DNA from: Podarcis erhardii
Taxonomy: Eukaryota
Strand: one strand, 5' to 3'
DNA length: 64,000 nt
Assembly (NCBI GenBank): GCA_964252035.1
Contig: OZ176203.1
A program made the position numbers and the translations under genes. Below are positions 1-12,533 of this stretch, one piece after another. The notes beneath the pieces are model-generated. The model was not told the origin of the DNA and did no database searches. It was given only the letters and a program-made list of their open reading frames with translations. How positions within the stretch are numbered: the first letter of the stretch is position 1; each line of letters starts with the position of its first letter.

Positions 1-1589
1 CTGGGTGTTAAGGCGATTGCAGCTCCAGCCTCGTTCGGCTTGTTCGGCATTTCATAAAGTTCGTTGGTGTTACTCGGGAGTAAGTACTTTGAGGATTGTA
101 GGAAATCCCATTAAGTTAAACAGAGCTTACTCCCAGGAAACTGGGCGTGGGATTGCAGCCCTAACATTGACTGCCAGTCAGACTCTAAAGGCGTATAGCA
201 AGTTGTCCAACCGAAGCACCAGGGGGGAAAAGTTTGCCAGCATGTGCGTGTTCCTGCTACGGAGATATACCGGCAAAGTCTAGCTTTAACAAAGATCTAT
301 TAAACAGAGAACATCTGAACTTACAAAAGCTAAGGACGCTGCAATACTTAGCGTGTCTAGTCAGAAGTAGGTCCCATTGAGTTCAATAGATTTTACTCCC
401 AGGGAAGTGGATTTAGGGCTGCCGCTAACTCTGTATTCCTGGGCATTCCTAGAATAAATCCCACTGGACTCAGCAGGACTTACTTCCCAGTAAACATGGA
501 GAAGATTGGGCTGCTCCTCTTTCTCCATTATTTCATAAATTAAAAAGTGTGAATAAAGTAAAAAGTTAACAGCAGGGAGATTCGATAATTCTGCCATGCT
601 TACAAAAACTTTGAAAAGATTCCCCACATATCTTAAAACATAGGAATTGAGTAATATCGGAGAGATAATTTTGATCCATTTTTGTTCAGTTCCTTCCGCG
701 TTCCTTCTAGAAATTAGCCAAACTCCCTTTGTTGAGAAGTATGCATGAGAAGTGAAGGTGCACAAACATGTGAGCGATTTTGTGTGCGTGCGTGCTCCGA
801 TTTGGAATGACTTCACTGCATCCCAGTTCCATCCTTCAGCCCTTTCAGGAAAGGATCGCTTGATAATAACATTTTAATGAAAGAGAAATAAATTTGGATA
901 GTGTCTGGATTTTTGAAGGGAGCCGGTTCTGAGGGTCGCAACTCGCCTGGACACTTTTTCTAAAGGGCCGGGAAACCTGGAGGGCAATTAAAATGATAGG
1001 GGGGGAACCATTTTAGGCCCACGGATTCAGTTGGATTTACTTCTAAGTAGACATGGTAACGATTGCTGTGTAAGCCCTGTTGAATTCAATGGGGCTAAGT
1101 TCCAGGTGAACGGGGTTAAGACTGGAGCCTCAGTCCTCTTCAGAACAGGACGTGGCGGTCCCCCGAAACCCCCTTTGGGACTATAAATCAATGTAATCAG
1201 GTTTATTAATTTCAGGGTTTCTGGGGGCGGGGGTGGTTCTTTTAACTTTCGTATTCAGCAGTTCTTTTCAAAGTTGGGGATCTGTTAAGTACGGTAGGAA
1301 AGCGGAAAGTTCGGTGTTATATAGGACCTCCCTGACGGTTCTTCCTCATTGTCTCCAGGAAAAACATGTTGCAAACCACAAGCTATTTATTGCAAGGGGT
1401 TTCGCTTTCTCTCTGTCTCATAGTTGCTAGCAACTCACAATCGTCCGGCATGCGTGGAGGGAATGTCACTTCGGGTGGATTTGGTTTTCTTAAGCAAAGA
1501 GACAGAAAGGAAAAAGGAAGGGCGGGAGGAGAAAGAGAGGTGATCTGCCTTTTCGTGTATCTTTCAAGAACAAGGGCTCCGGCTACGTG

Positions 1590-1839
1590 CATGGGTAGGC
1601 GAACTAAGGCCCGGGGCCCGGATCCGGCCCACTCACGTTCTAAATCCGGCCCGCGGACGGTCCGGGAATCAGCGTGTTTTTACATGAGTAGAATGTGTCC
1701 TTTTATTTAAAATGCATCTCTGGGTTATTTGTGGGGCATCGGAATTTGTTCATTCCCCCCCCTCAAAATATAGTCCGGCCCCCCACAAGGTCTGAGAGAC
1801 AGTGGACCGGCCCCCTGCTGAAAAGGTTTGCTGACCCTG
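1590..1839 (+). mobile_element. Non-autonomous hAT (Charlie-like) MITE
   Basis: Starts CATGGGTAGGCGAACT and ends AAGGTTTGCTGACCCTG (imperfect hAT-type TIRs), with subterminal CCGGCCC repeats. No 8-bp TSD found (gctacgtg vs taagggtt). Confidence 0.7.
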
Positions 1840-3459
1840 TAAGGGTTTCCAGGCCTTTATAGCCAGAAAAGCCCACCGAAACGGCCCAGATTCAGAGTTA
1901 CCAGTCCAAAAACAGGATTGCACTGGGAAGTTGAAACCCACTGCAATCTGCTACCGACAGCAACCACTTAAGAGTGTCCTATGGCCCAAATAAATACATT
2001 AAACAAGAACAAAACCACCTACTCCCCCAGTTTGCGGATTTCTCTAGACGTAATGGTTTGTATGGTGTGCAATAAATGCAAACGCAACTCTATATGGAAT
2101 GTTAATTTAGATTCGCCCGTATATAATGTATCGAAAGAAATGTCTTCCGCTCCTCCCGCCCCCCTTTCCAAGAGATCTACTGCACTTCCCTTGTTTTTCT
2201 GCCTGGTACTTAGGAGAGGTTCCCGCAGCAGCCTGGCTGGCCATTTCTAGAGTAGCGGGGGCGAAGGAAGAAGTGTGGTTGGGGGGAGTTGAGGAGCGAG
2301 GAAACCGTAGCACCGCTGGGAGGAGGAAATGCCTTTGAACCCCCGGCTCCCCTGGGCTTAGGCAGCCCCAGCCTCCGCTGAAGCCTGATCTTGCATGAAA
2401 CAGGTGGCCGCTAAGGCCGCCTGCGACCCCGAAGAGACGCATGAAGGCCGTCGGCCTCATTGAACGCCCTGGGTCTTACGTGCAAGTAAACCGCCTTTAT
2501 GAGCGGGCCCTTTGCGGGCTGAACGCGGGAGCGCTGACCAACATAAATCCTGGCTCTTCAGCTCTTACAGATCGGGGGATCAGACCGAGAGCCTTTTCAG
2601 CAGATGCTGGCGAGGTTTCTCGACTGACCCGGCGGAGTCCCCGAGCCCCGCAGTGAGAATCCCCAGCTGCTCCCCAGGATCTAATATCGCGCTCGACTTT
2701 CTCCCCTTTCGCCCCTGAGCTTTTGCGCTGACCTTCGTGATCCACGAATTAAAGTCCAGGCAGGAGGCAGAGACCCGCGTCAGATCTCGGCTCTGTAACA
2801 CCACCCGCCTCTGTGCTTGGATTTTGTGTGTGTGCATGTTTTCATGTCCGACCGTTTATTGCTGTAAAACAAAAATATAGAACAGGATGCCTTCATTTTC
2901 CTTTCCTTTCCTCTCCCCCTCCCTTCTCCCCCTCTCTCCGCGGGTGTTTACTTTTCTTTTCCCTCCACAATAGGAAAGGGGGAAAGAGGAACACTTTAGG
3001 AAGTAAAGCGCCCCTCCCCCCCGCATCCAGGTCCCTCCAGGTTGGGGACGCGCCATGGTTAAAGTGTGACACCGCGTAGCGATGAAAATGGACATTTAAA
3101 AACAGCCCTCTTCGTAATGATTAAACCAAAAGGGGAGGCCAGCTGCTTAATGAATGACTTTTTTTAAAAAAGCAAGCAAACCTGGAACCTCGGTCGCCTT
3201 AATCCAGAAAGAAAGGCATACATATGATGTATGCTTTCCTAGAGGTTTCTTCCTCTCATAAGCCCCCGTTTATAATCGTATAGTTATCAGCTCAAAATCA
3301 AGTACAAAGGTGCCATAGCTGCATTGAAAGCACTCCCACGAGAATCCTGGGAACTGTAATTTTTGAAGGGTGCTGGGACATGTAGGGAAGGAGGGAGAAA
3401 CGACGGTCCCCATGATTCAGTTGCTTTGCTTTAAATGTATGTCGTGCGCGCTTTAAATA

Positions 3460-3701
3460 TAGTGGTACCTCGGGTTACATACGCTTCAGGTTACATACGC
3501 TTCAGGTTACAGACTCCGCTAACCCAGAAATATTACCTCAGGTTAAGAACTTTGCTTCAGGATGAGAACAGAAATCATGCTCCGACGGCGCGGCGGCAGT
3601 GGGAGGCCCCATTAGCTAAAGTGGTGCTTCAGGTTAAGAACAGTTTCAGGTTAAGAACGGACCTCCGGAACGAATTAAGTACTTAAGCCGAGGTACCACT
3701 G
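3460..3701 (+). mobile_element. Tc1/mariner-pogo (Tigger-like) MITE, 242 bp, copy A
   Basis: TA duplications at 3458-3459 and 3702-3703; TIRs (C/T)AGTGGTACCTCGG...CCGAGGTACCACTG; internal TCAGGTTA repeats. Confidence 0.9.
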
Positions 3702-5020
3702 TATCCTGCTCTGCTAGCACTGCGCCATCATTGCCATTTGCCCTGTTGGTTAACTTATATGGGGAAATAGAAAAAGGCGCGTGGGGCTCGCAACCCCTCT
3801 CTAAACGGAGAGGACTCGGGCTAGAGGGGGGCAACTGGATAAATTGTAGCCTGCGGACTTAGTGGTCTTCACCTCTATTAGGATGCCTCACGTGCCATTT
3901 CAAAATGTGACCCTACTGCGCTTGGGGGGCCCTCCAGATTCTGCCCTGGTGGCACTTGGTTTGGGGCGCCGCCAAGGTAGTGGTGGGGAACGCCACAGCC
4001 TGGTTAAGCCGGAGGACTCTCGCACTAAGAAAAAGTAAGAGACTCTCCCACTTCAAGTCAATGTGCTTAGAATCCAGAGTCCAGTTCGGGTTTAAGGACT
4101 TTTCCACTCGATCTTAACGGGACTCGCTTCATTTATAAAGGTATCCCGCTTTCTGCCTTTCACGTTTAGTCACCTCCCAGCCCAGCTTCAGAATACTAAA
4201 ACGCCCGTGACGCAACTGTGGATCGCTTAAACCAAAACTTAGTCGTCTTGCACAGAACCACCAGGCTGTAAAATCCGAGGGCTTTGTATATTCACACACA
4301 CTCCCTCTCTTTCTCTCTCAGCTGAAAAACTGCATGCACCTTTTAACATGCCATGAGCACAAACCCCTGTTTACTATCAATCAGCGTTTGCCGAAGCCAG
4401 CCGTCTCCTTCTGTAGCAGCGGGAAAAACCTGGAGATTTTCAGCTTTCCTTGGCGTTGGCTGTTCTTATTCAGTCAGAATTGAAAACCCGCAGCGCATGG
4501 CCTTATTACTGTTTCTGGTTTTCTTATGAATATTGCATGATCAATTATATTACACCTATTTAATCACTACTTCTAGAGCAGATTAAAGCAGAAAAGCTAA
4601 CATCATATACCAGGTCCAAGTGAATTCACATTTACTTTACTTATGGGTAAACATGTTTAAAGATTATAACCCTGCAGCACAATCCTATCCACACTAACAG
4701 TGTAATCCTAACCAGATCTACTCTGAAATACATCTCCGTGAGTTCCGTGGGACTTACTCCCAGGTAAGTGGAGTTAATTGCAGCCTAACCTGGGAGCGAA
4801 TCTCTCTGAACTTAATAGGGTATACTTCTGAGTAGACATGCTATGGATTGTACTGTATTAGAATACTTTTATGCAAGTAAGTGACAATGAACGCGCTGGC
4901 TCTACTGTTAGGATCTGGCTGGCAGAGCACAGGGTGGTTGCTGTTGTTTTCAATAATTGCACACCAATTTTTAGAAATACGCAATTTGGCAGTGGGAAGA
5001 CTTTCCTGAGCAATGCTGTA

Positions 5021-5262
5021 CAGTGGTACCTCGGGTTAAGTACTTAATTCGTTCCGGAGGTCCGTTCTTAACCTGAAACTGTTCTTAACCTGAAGCACCA
5101 CTTTAGCTAATGGGGCCTCCCACTGCCGCCGCGCCGCCGGAGCATGATTTCTGTTCTCATCCTGAAGCAAAGTTCTTAACCTGAGGTAATATTTCTGGGT
5201 TAGCGGAGTCTGTAACCTGAAGCGTCTGTAACCTGAAGCGTATGTAACCCGAGGTACCACTG
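5021..5262 (-). mobile_element. Tc1/mariner-pogo (Tigger-like) MITE, 242 bp, copy B (inverted relative to A)
   Basis: TA at 5019-5020 and 5263-5264; 18-bp TIR CAGTGGTACCTCGGGTTA. The reverse complement matches copy A with 4 substitutions. Confidence 0.9.
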
Positions 5263-6725
5263 TACTGTAGTATGTTTGGGGAAGGAATGCGGGGCTGACA
5301 GTACAATCCGATTCGTTCCTACCCAGATGCAAGGCGTTGCTGAATCCAAAGGGACTTACTCTCAAGTTAAAAGTTTGCTGCAAGCTATTTTCAGCCGGGG
5401 TCCGAAGGTCCCAATAAAGACGAGAGTACCCCCACCCCCAGCACTCGCAGAGTGCCATCTCCTCCCTCCCGTGTAGTCTCAGCTCCTATTTATCTGACAT
5501 TAAGGGCAGAGGCGTGTTTGCACCTCGAATATAGGAGAGGAAACTTTTACGTGCTTAATTCTTGTTTGTGTGACTGCTGGTTAAGACCCAGAAGGACCGC
5601 TGGCCTTTCCTAAAACCGCCATCCTAAACACCCGATGCTCTCGGGAAATTGGATTATATATTTCTGCCAGAGCTCCTGGGCCTTTCTATGCCTGTGGCTC
5701 CCTCCTGCCTATGCCTTCAGCCAGCCTTCACCAACCGGGTGCCCTCCCGATGTTTTGGTCGAAACATCTGGAGGGCAACAGCTTGGCGAAGACTGGCTTA
5801 AAGCATGTGGGCGGAGGCGAGGGGGTAAGCCAGCCCAGAAAGCTGGTGGTGACCCCAACTGAAATATGCAGTAAACCGTGCTTAGGATCAAGTGTCAGCG
5901 CTATCAGCAGTTTTCCATCGGATTTAACTCGCTCTGGATGATACGTAAGGGAGAGAGGCGCCCTCGGCTTCCCTCCCTCCGCGACACCCAGCTGCTTTCC
6001 TCTCCTGTTTCTCCAGCCCCCCGGATCCCTTGAAGGACCGCCGTGGGCGAAGGGAGGGTAAGGGGCGTCTGGGACAAGGGGGAAGGAAGGAAGGTAAGCG
6101 GGGCTAGGACTAAACCCGACTGAATTAAACGGGACACAGTCCCAGGTAAGTGACATTACTGCCTCTCCCCCACACTTACCTAAGAGTAAGGCCCATTGGA
6201 TCCAGGGGGCCTTAGTCCTAAATGGGTAGGGTTAGGATCGTAGGAGCCAAGGGGTCTTCGGCTCCCTCCAATAAAATATTTGAGGGGGCCGAACCCCCCC
6301 CCCCAGATGATGGACATTGCCATTCACATAAGTGCACCAAGTCATGTGATCGATTATGAGGGGTGCGGCTTACCTGCCCCCCCCCCCACATTTTATTCAA
6401 GAGGGCAGCCCTGGCTAGGATGGCAGCCTTGACCTTTCAGCAATTTCTTTCCCCGCCCCACTCGATTCAAGCGCGAAATGAAATGAAAAGGAGTCGGGAT
6501 TGGGTTGGGAGAGCGCCATCCCTCGGCCCGCGGGCGCTGCTTGCAGTCAACGGGCGGAGCGACGCCGCGCAGAGCAGGTTTGGCGCCTGCTGCTAAAAGG
6601 AAGGGAGACGTTTATTTTTCCTGGGAGCGGAGATGTCTTTCCTCTAGCAGGCGATCTCCCCTTAGAGAGTCACGGGGCTCTGCTGCTGCTTGTTCTCACC
6701 AGGCGAGCAAACAGGACTTGCCAGC

Positions 6726-6729
<4 letters not shown>

Positions 6730-6768
<39 letters not shown>
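6730..6768 (+). repeat. (AG)n microsatellite, about 19 units
   Basis: Directly visible run. Confidence 0.95.
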
Positions 6769-6771
<3 letters not shown>

Positions 6772-9700
6772 GTCTTTGGGCTGCCGCCAGTTTTTCTGCC
6801 CCAGAAAAGGTGCGCTCTTTGTTTGTAGATGGCGGCCTCGCTCGCGTGCCCCAGTAGCAGCAACAGCGCCTTAGCAGAAGCGAGATCTCTCGCACAGAAG
6901 CCAAGGGCCTCTTCTAAGATGGCGCCTGTCACGTGCACTTTTTTAAAATAGTACTTAATGTGGGGTGGGGGGGTGTTGAAATGCCTGATTCATCGGACGC
7001 CTGTATCGATTAAGTTCGATCAATTAATCAACTAAGGCTGCGATTCCTCCGTTTCTCGCTGAATTCGGTGGGATTTACTTCTAAATTTATAGTTGCGTTA
7101 GGATCGCATTGCAAATGTCGCATTCTACAGCTCGTGCAGGTATTAGGATTGCTCCGGCTCCGGATTTCTTAAAGTGGATCAGATACTACATAACATACAT
7201 ATCGGTATTCGGCGTCGTCGTCACGGACTGGCGTCAGAATGGGACTTCCTATCCTTTCAAGCTATGAGTTTTAAAAGGGGCGATAGCTTTAGGTAAATTA
7301 ATCCGGACCAACCGTAACTGTTGCGAGTCATATACAGTACAGTACCTACAAAGCCGAAGAATCAGCTTTTCTTCAGTCTCCTACTTCCCCTTCCCACGCA
7401 ACCCTTTGGGTGCAGAAGGTCTGAAGTCTGAAGAGGAAGCTTTCCAGACACTCTGAGAGTCGCCGGGCCGGTGGATGCGCGTACTCCTTTGCCAACAACC
7501 AGCAAAAATAAAAATAAAAATAAATCGCTGCCCCGTCGCCTTACTCCCGCGTATGCCATCTGATTTTGGTTCTGATTTTGGGGCCAGGGGCGATTCTTTG
7601 GAGGCTCCTTCCGCTTTCCGGAAAGCGAGCGCTTCCAAGCGAGCTGTTCCCAAAAAAAGCCTTTAGCACGTTGTTTACCTGGGAGACAGACCCAGCTCTC
7701 AAATTTAAGCAGGAATTTAAACACACATTTATCTGTGAGGAAGCCCTGGAGAATTCTCAGAGTTCTGCAAATAATCCCTGGTTATGAAACAACAACACAG
7801 AAGAGACGGACGCTTGTGCTGGCTTCGGGGGGTCTGTTTCTGGGGGCGTCCTTGTTTCCCTGGCGTCCAGTGTTTACATTTTAAAGAGAGATGGAGGCTC
7901 AGCCCCTCGGGTGGAAAGTAAGGCGGGTAAACTCCGCGGTTCTCTGCAGTACCTGACTTAGAAGGAAGTTCTACGTACATTTAAAGACCCTCACTTTAGG
8001 AAGCACGATGTGGATCCTAAACGCATTGCTGCTATTCGTGTGATGCGCTTGTTTTGGATTTATATGCCGCCTTCGCCCGAAGGTTCAAAGTAGGCTCGAA
8101 CGGTGTCCTGTCGTTGGAAGAATCTCCCGCATCCCCGTGTGTCATATATCTGGACTCGGGGTGAGAAGAGGAGAAGGAAGGCGGTGGGGACTGGGGTGCG
8201 GACCTTTAAAATATGTACTCAGTTCATCAAATACTCAACAACGACAGCAATCTTCCCACATGCCGGGAAGATAACAGTTCCTCCGGAAAATGGGGAAGAG
8301 GAGAGATTCAGCTGAGCTTAGCTGAATCGTCAAGTCGGTTTCGTTGTAGCAAAACCGGCTGTTTCTTTTAAGGCAGCCGTTTAGGATGGAGATGTAACGA
8401 GGAAGTCACCTCGGCAGTCATTTCTCAATAGAGGCTACAGCAGCAGAGATGGGAAAGGCAAGCAGGGACGACCAGCCTCCTCCCTGCTCCTTCTTTCGTG
8501 TCTTTTGGGAGTTATTTGCCAAGCCAATCCTCTGCGTGCCAAATAAAGGAGCTGTTCTCCGAGGGGGGAAACCCTCACCATGTACGATAAATAGAAGAAG
8601 AAGAAGAGGTTGAGGTTACACTAGGATGCAAGCTAAAGGATTAAGCAGCCCACTTCTGCTTCGAAGAAATGTCGGAGTCCCTTTATTTATTATGACCAAA
8701 CAAAATGTCAGAAACAACGAAGGAGCTTTTGAGTCCTCCGAAACGCTTTCATCAGCCTGTTTGTAAAGTAAGGCGGAGAGGTTTGATACTGACCATAAAG
8801 TCTGTATTGGTCAAAGGTTCAGCTTTGTTGTCTTGCCTTAGGCACATGGCTTTTGTTGCGGGGAGCACTTTTGTGGGGAGCGGGGAAGAACCGAAGTGAT
8901 TGGTCAGGTACTTAAGTATTTCTATTGTTTTACTTGATGGGGGGGCAGCTGCTCCCCTGCCCTCCCTTGGCTATGTCCATGAAGGGACATGGAGATGGGG
9001 TTGCCAGGAAGATCGCCCGCACTTCAGTATTCACCGCTACAGGATTGCGCTTTAAATAGCTAATGTCGCAGTGTCTATCAGCATTAGCCTAAACACTTCG
9101 GCTTCATTGTTTTTTGGATCGAGCTCTCTCTGGCGACATACACCTGAGCTTTAGCGGTGGGAGCAGTGGGGCAGTTTTAGACTTTGGTCTTATATGGTCC
9201 CGTCTCTGAATGCTAGTAACGTGCGTTTTGATATCAGCCCCCTACTGATTTTGCTGAGTGGGACTATGGACCTCTGCCCCAAAGCCCTGCCGTCACCGTT
9301 GACAATGCGACTGGAGGAATTCAGTTTTGTACTGGAGAGAATCTTGCAACACTTAAAAATCTTCGGGAATCCCGCAACTAATGTCAAATGATACAATGCA
9401 AAGGAGCCCGTCTGGCGGATTTTGGTGCATAGATCCATTGGCTCAAAGAACAAACATGCTTTGTATTTCCTGATCGTCAGCAGACATATTAGCATCAAAA
9501 CACACACTCACAAACAAAGATTTAGCATTTTGCTAACTCTGTTGGCCGTTCTTATGATGTACTTATGGCTGCCAGGATGACAACAAAGTTGAAACTGCTG
9601 ATGCCTTGGTTGAATGTCACGCCGAGAGATGGACTTGGCAACGTTTCTTTGTATTTCTATATATTTTCCTAACCCAGTTAAGACAGCATTTCTATGTATA

Positions 9701-12533
9701 AAGACGTAACGGGTATACGTGGGAATGGAATTTGTAGCCCTCTGGAAAAGGCTTCGAGATAAGTAGTAGCGGAGAGCAGTAGCAAATAAATCTACATTCT
9801 GTTCCTTGGGAAATGCAACAATGGATTCATGTCTTCCTCAAAATGCAGATGGGTTCTGCTTGATTATTAATGAAAAAAACAACACGATTTGCTTGTACAA
9901 AGAGGTTAAAAGGTTTATGAGGCAGCATTTACTGAAGCCCAGGCGATAGTTATTCAGACAAAAGGTGCATGTAGAAATAACTCTGAACATGCTGATAAAT
10001 TCGTACCACAATGGGATGGGGAGAATAAAAAAAAAGAAACTCAAAGAGACAGTGAACCCCGCAGAGCCACTTAAACACTAGCATGCCAGTTAACAGATGT
10101 TTAATATAAAACGATGTATGATTTTTCTCTCTAGTGCTTCCCTCATTTGGCAGCGCCGGGGCGCGATCTAAACCACAGTGAGTCGATGGAAGGTCTCCCA
10201 TTCATGTTGTTCAGGAATTTTATGATAGCTATATCTTTTCCTTTTAAAAGATGGGAGTGTGGCTCTTAATTTCTATATCTTTGTGACATCACTTCTTCAA
10301 GATACGGTGTTTACAACGTAGTCTAGCATACACCCCCCGCGCTCTGTGCATTCCCATTGCATGCAGTTCTCTTATTAGCAGAAAAAGTGGACGGGGCACC
10401 AAGTGCTCATGGCTCTGCATCAGCTTGTATAATTAGCAGGCGCGGCGCAGCCGGCGAGAAAGCAGGTACCGAGCGGCGGGTCTTGAAAAGCCGGCGAACA
10501 ATGGCTGGCTCATCTGCTCGACAGAACGGACGCCTCTTTGAATGTGGGGATGGCTCAATCCATAAACCTGTTAAAGCTAAGTCTTAGCTTTAACAAAAAC
10601 AAACAAACAAAAACAAAACCAAACCCAAACCAAACCAAAAACACACCGATGTGTAATTCGGAACCCAATTGATTTCTGTAAATATTCTTGCAGCACAATG
10701 TACTCTCAAGTGAATCCCATTGCTGCCCAAAAGGCGTTGCTTCTCCAGCAGCATGCTCTTTCGGACTGTGAGCTTAAGGGGGTTTGCACTTCTGCACGAA
10801 TTTGCATGGCGCTGGATGGCAGTCAGACGCATGCATGCATTTCCCGCTCCGATTCCGAGCTTGTCTCGCAATGTCTCCAGCGCAGCGACCCTGGGAGCAG
10901 GTGCAGTGGGAAAGGCTGACTGACGAGTCCCTTTCTCCTTCCCCTCCTGCGCAAGATAAGGAGCAGTTCACATCAGCAAGAAACCCTTTTTAAACAGCCT
11001 TGGAAAGAAGGCTCTGTCGGGACCACCAGAGAAAAGGTGCAGCTTTGTTTTCCCCACACCTCCATAGGGCAGATCGCGTTTGTCCTCTATTTACTTGACT
11101 GGGGTCAGGGCTCCAGTCTCCGGAAGAGGAAAGCAATAAGATGAATATCTCGTGCGCCACCCGCAGGCAGAGCAGGAGAATGACAGGAGGGAGGTGCGGC
11201 CACGGACTCCGCGGGGCTCTTCGCTGTGCTTTCTGGGAGCCACGCGGAATTCACAGTGGAATGAATGGCGAGCGTTTTAGGAGCCTCGGAAGAGGCAGCG
11301 CTTATCCCGGCCTTGAGTACTGAAAGTGAATTTGTGTTAGAACCACCACATGAGTGACCTTTGACTATTCTTAACTGCAGTCACCTTAATTAAACTTGCG
11401 GATTTCCCACCAACTGCCCCCCCCCGCTTCCCTCATGGACCTGCCATGTGTGCAAATTAGCCCTCCACGCAAATTAATCCGAAATAATTACCAGGTTTTG
11501 CTTCTGCATACGGACGTTGGTTAGCATCCCCGCAGCACTCATAGACATACAGGGAAAGGGTGGAAATAAAAACCCATTCTGTGAGTGCGAAGAAAGGTTA
11601 ATAACTCCTCATTAAGATGAGTATTGTGTAACCACGAATATGTTACTGTGTGTTTACAATGCTTCTGGACAAGGAAGGTACCAGGCCTTGATAGTTACTC
11701 TGGAATAGCTAATCTGGGTTACGAGGGGTGTACCATCTCCTTACTCCATGTGAGGAAGCGGGAAGATTGCTTTCTACAGCCCATTTGCTAGGGTTAACGG
11801 GATAAATTATGTCTTCTTGTGGCGCTCTAAAAGTCATATACATCATTATCATTAATCTCTTCTACTATGGAGCTTTTGCTGCACAGAGATGTCACCAAAA
11901 CCATGCTCTCCAGCATTAGATAAAGGAAATGTGCCCCCGTTGTGAATCAAGCACTGATAATCTGGTAGCGTTCAGACAAAATAAGATTTTCTCCTCTTGT
12001 GAAACTGCCCCAAAATCATATTTACACATCTAGATCGCACCAACTTCTTCTCATATATGAGGTGCTGTACGAGTTGGTGCTATCTATTAATTAATTACAC
12101 CGTATAAAAGTGATAAGAACCCAGTTACACAGGCAATATTGTGCCAGACGGATAAGGATTCAAAGGAAAGAGATGCCCAGGGGAGAACGAGACCTTCACG
12201 CCTCTCTTGCGTGTTATTAAAAGCCGATTTCAGAGCAACTCGCTTCTGATTTAGCTCCGGGCAAAGCGGTCTTTTGCAGCACGATTTAAACCAAGCCTTC
12301 ATGCAAATCTTTCATTCCGTGTCACAAAACTGTTATTAGCAGAGAGCAGAGTGGGACTGGAGAGAGGTGGCGAAGGGCGTGGGAGAGATTATATAGTATG
12401 TACAATCTATGTAGGCTGTAGTACACACCAGATATTTAAAGCACAGATCACATCCCCCCCCCCCAAAGAATAATGGGAACCGTAGTTCGTAAATATAGTT
12501 CAGTGAGGGGTAAAATGCAGTTTGTGGGGTTCT

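Larger units (their letters stand above)
72..7155. repeat. Cluster of diverged copies of a short (~80-bp) palindromic MITE-like dispersed repeat
   Basis: Recurring motif of the type GCTGCAATCCTA...TACTCAGAAGTAAGTCCCATTGA(G/A)TTCAATGGGACTTACTCCCAGGTAAG...TAGGATTGCAGC at about 72-160, 338-425, 455-514, 1024-1130, 4673-4857, 5292-5385, 6096-6245 and 7035-7155. Further copies at about 15700-15780, 26488-26572, 30150-30200, 38302-38360 and 48345-48430. Confidence 0.65.

Noticed and set aside
877-891. ATG AAA GAG AAA resembling the SIM2 start (MKEK)
   Set aside because: Followed immediately by TAA. No KNAAKTRREKEN bHLH sequence exists anywhere in the window, so exon 1 lies upstream.
3435-5458. Two ORFs sharing the peptide VVPRVTYASGY..RNELST
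   Set aside because: They are translations of the two MITE copies, not a duplicated gene.
1584-5553. TACGTG (SIM:ARNT CME/HRE-type) sites at 1584, 2477 and 5548 suggesting autoregulation
   Set aside because: Several such hexamers are expected by chance in 15 kb of CpG-rich DNA, and these are not clustered.
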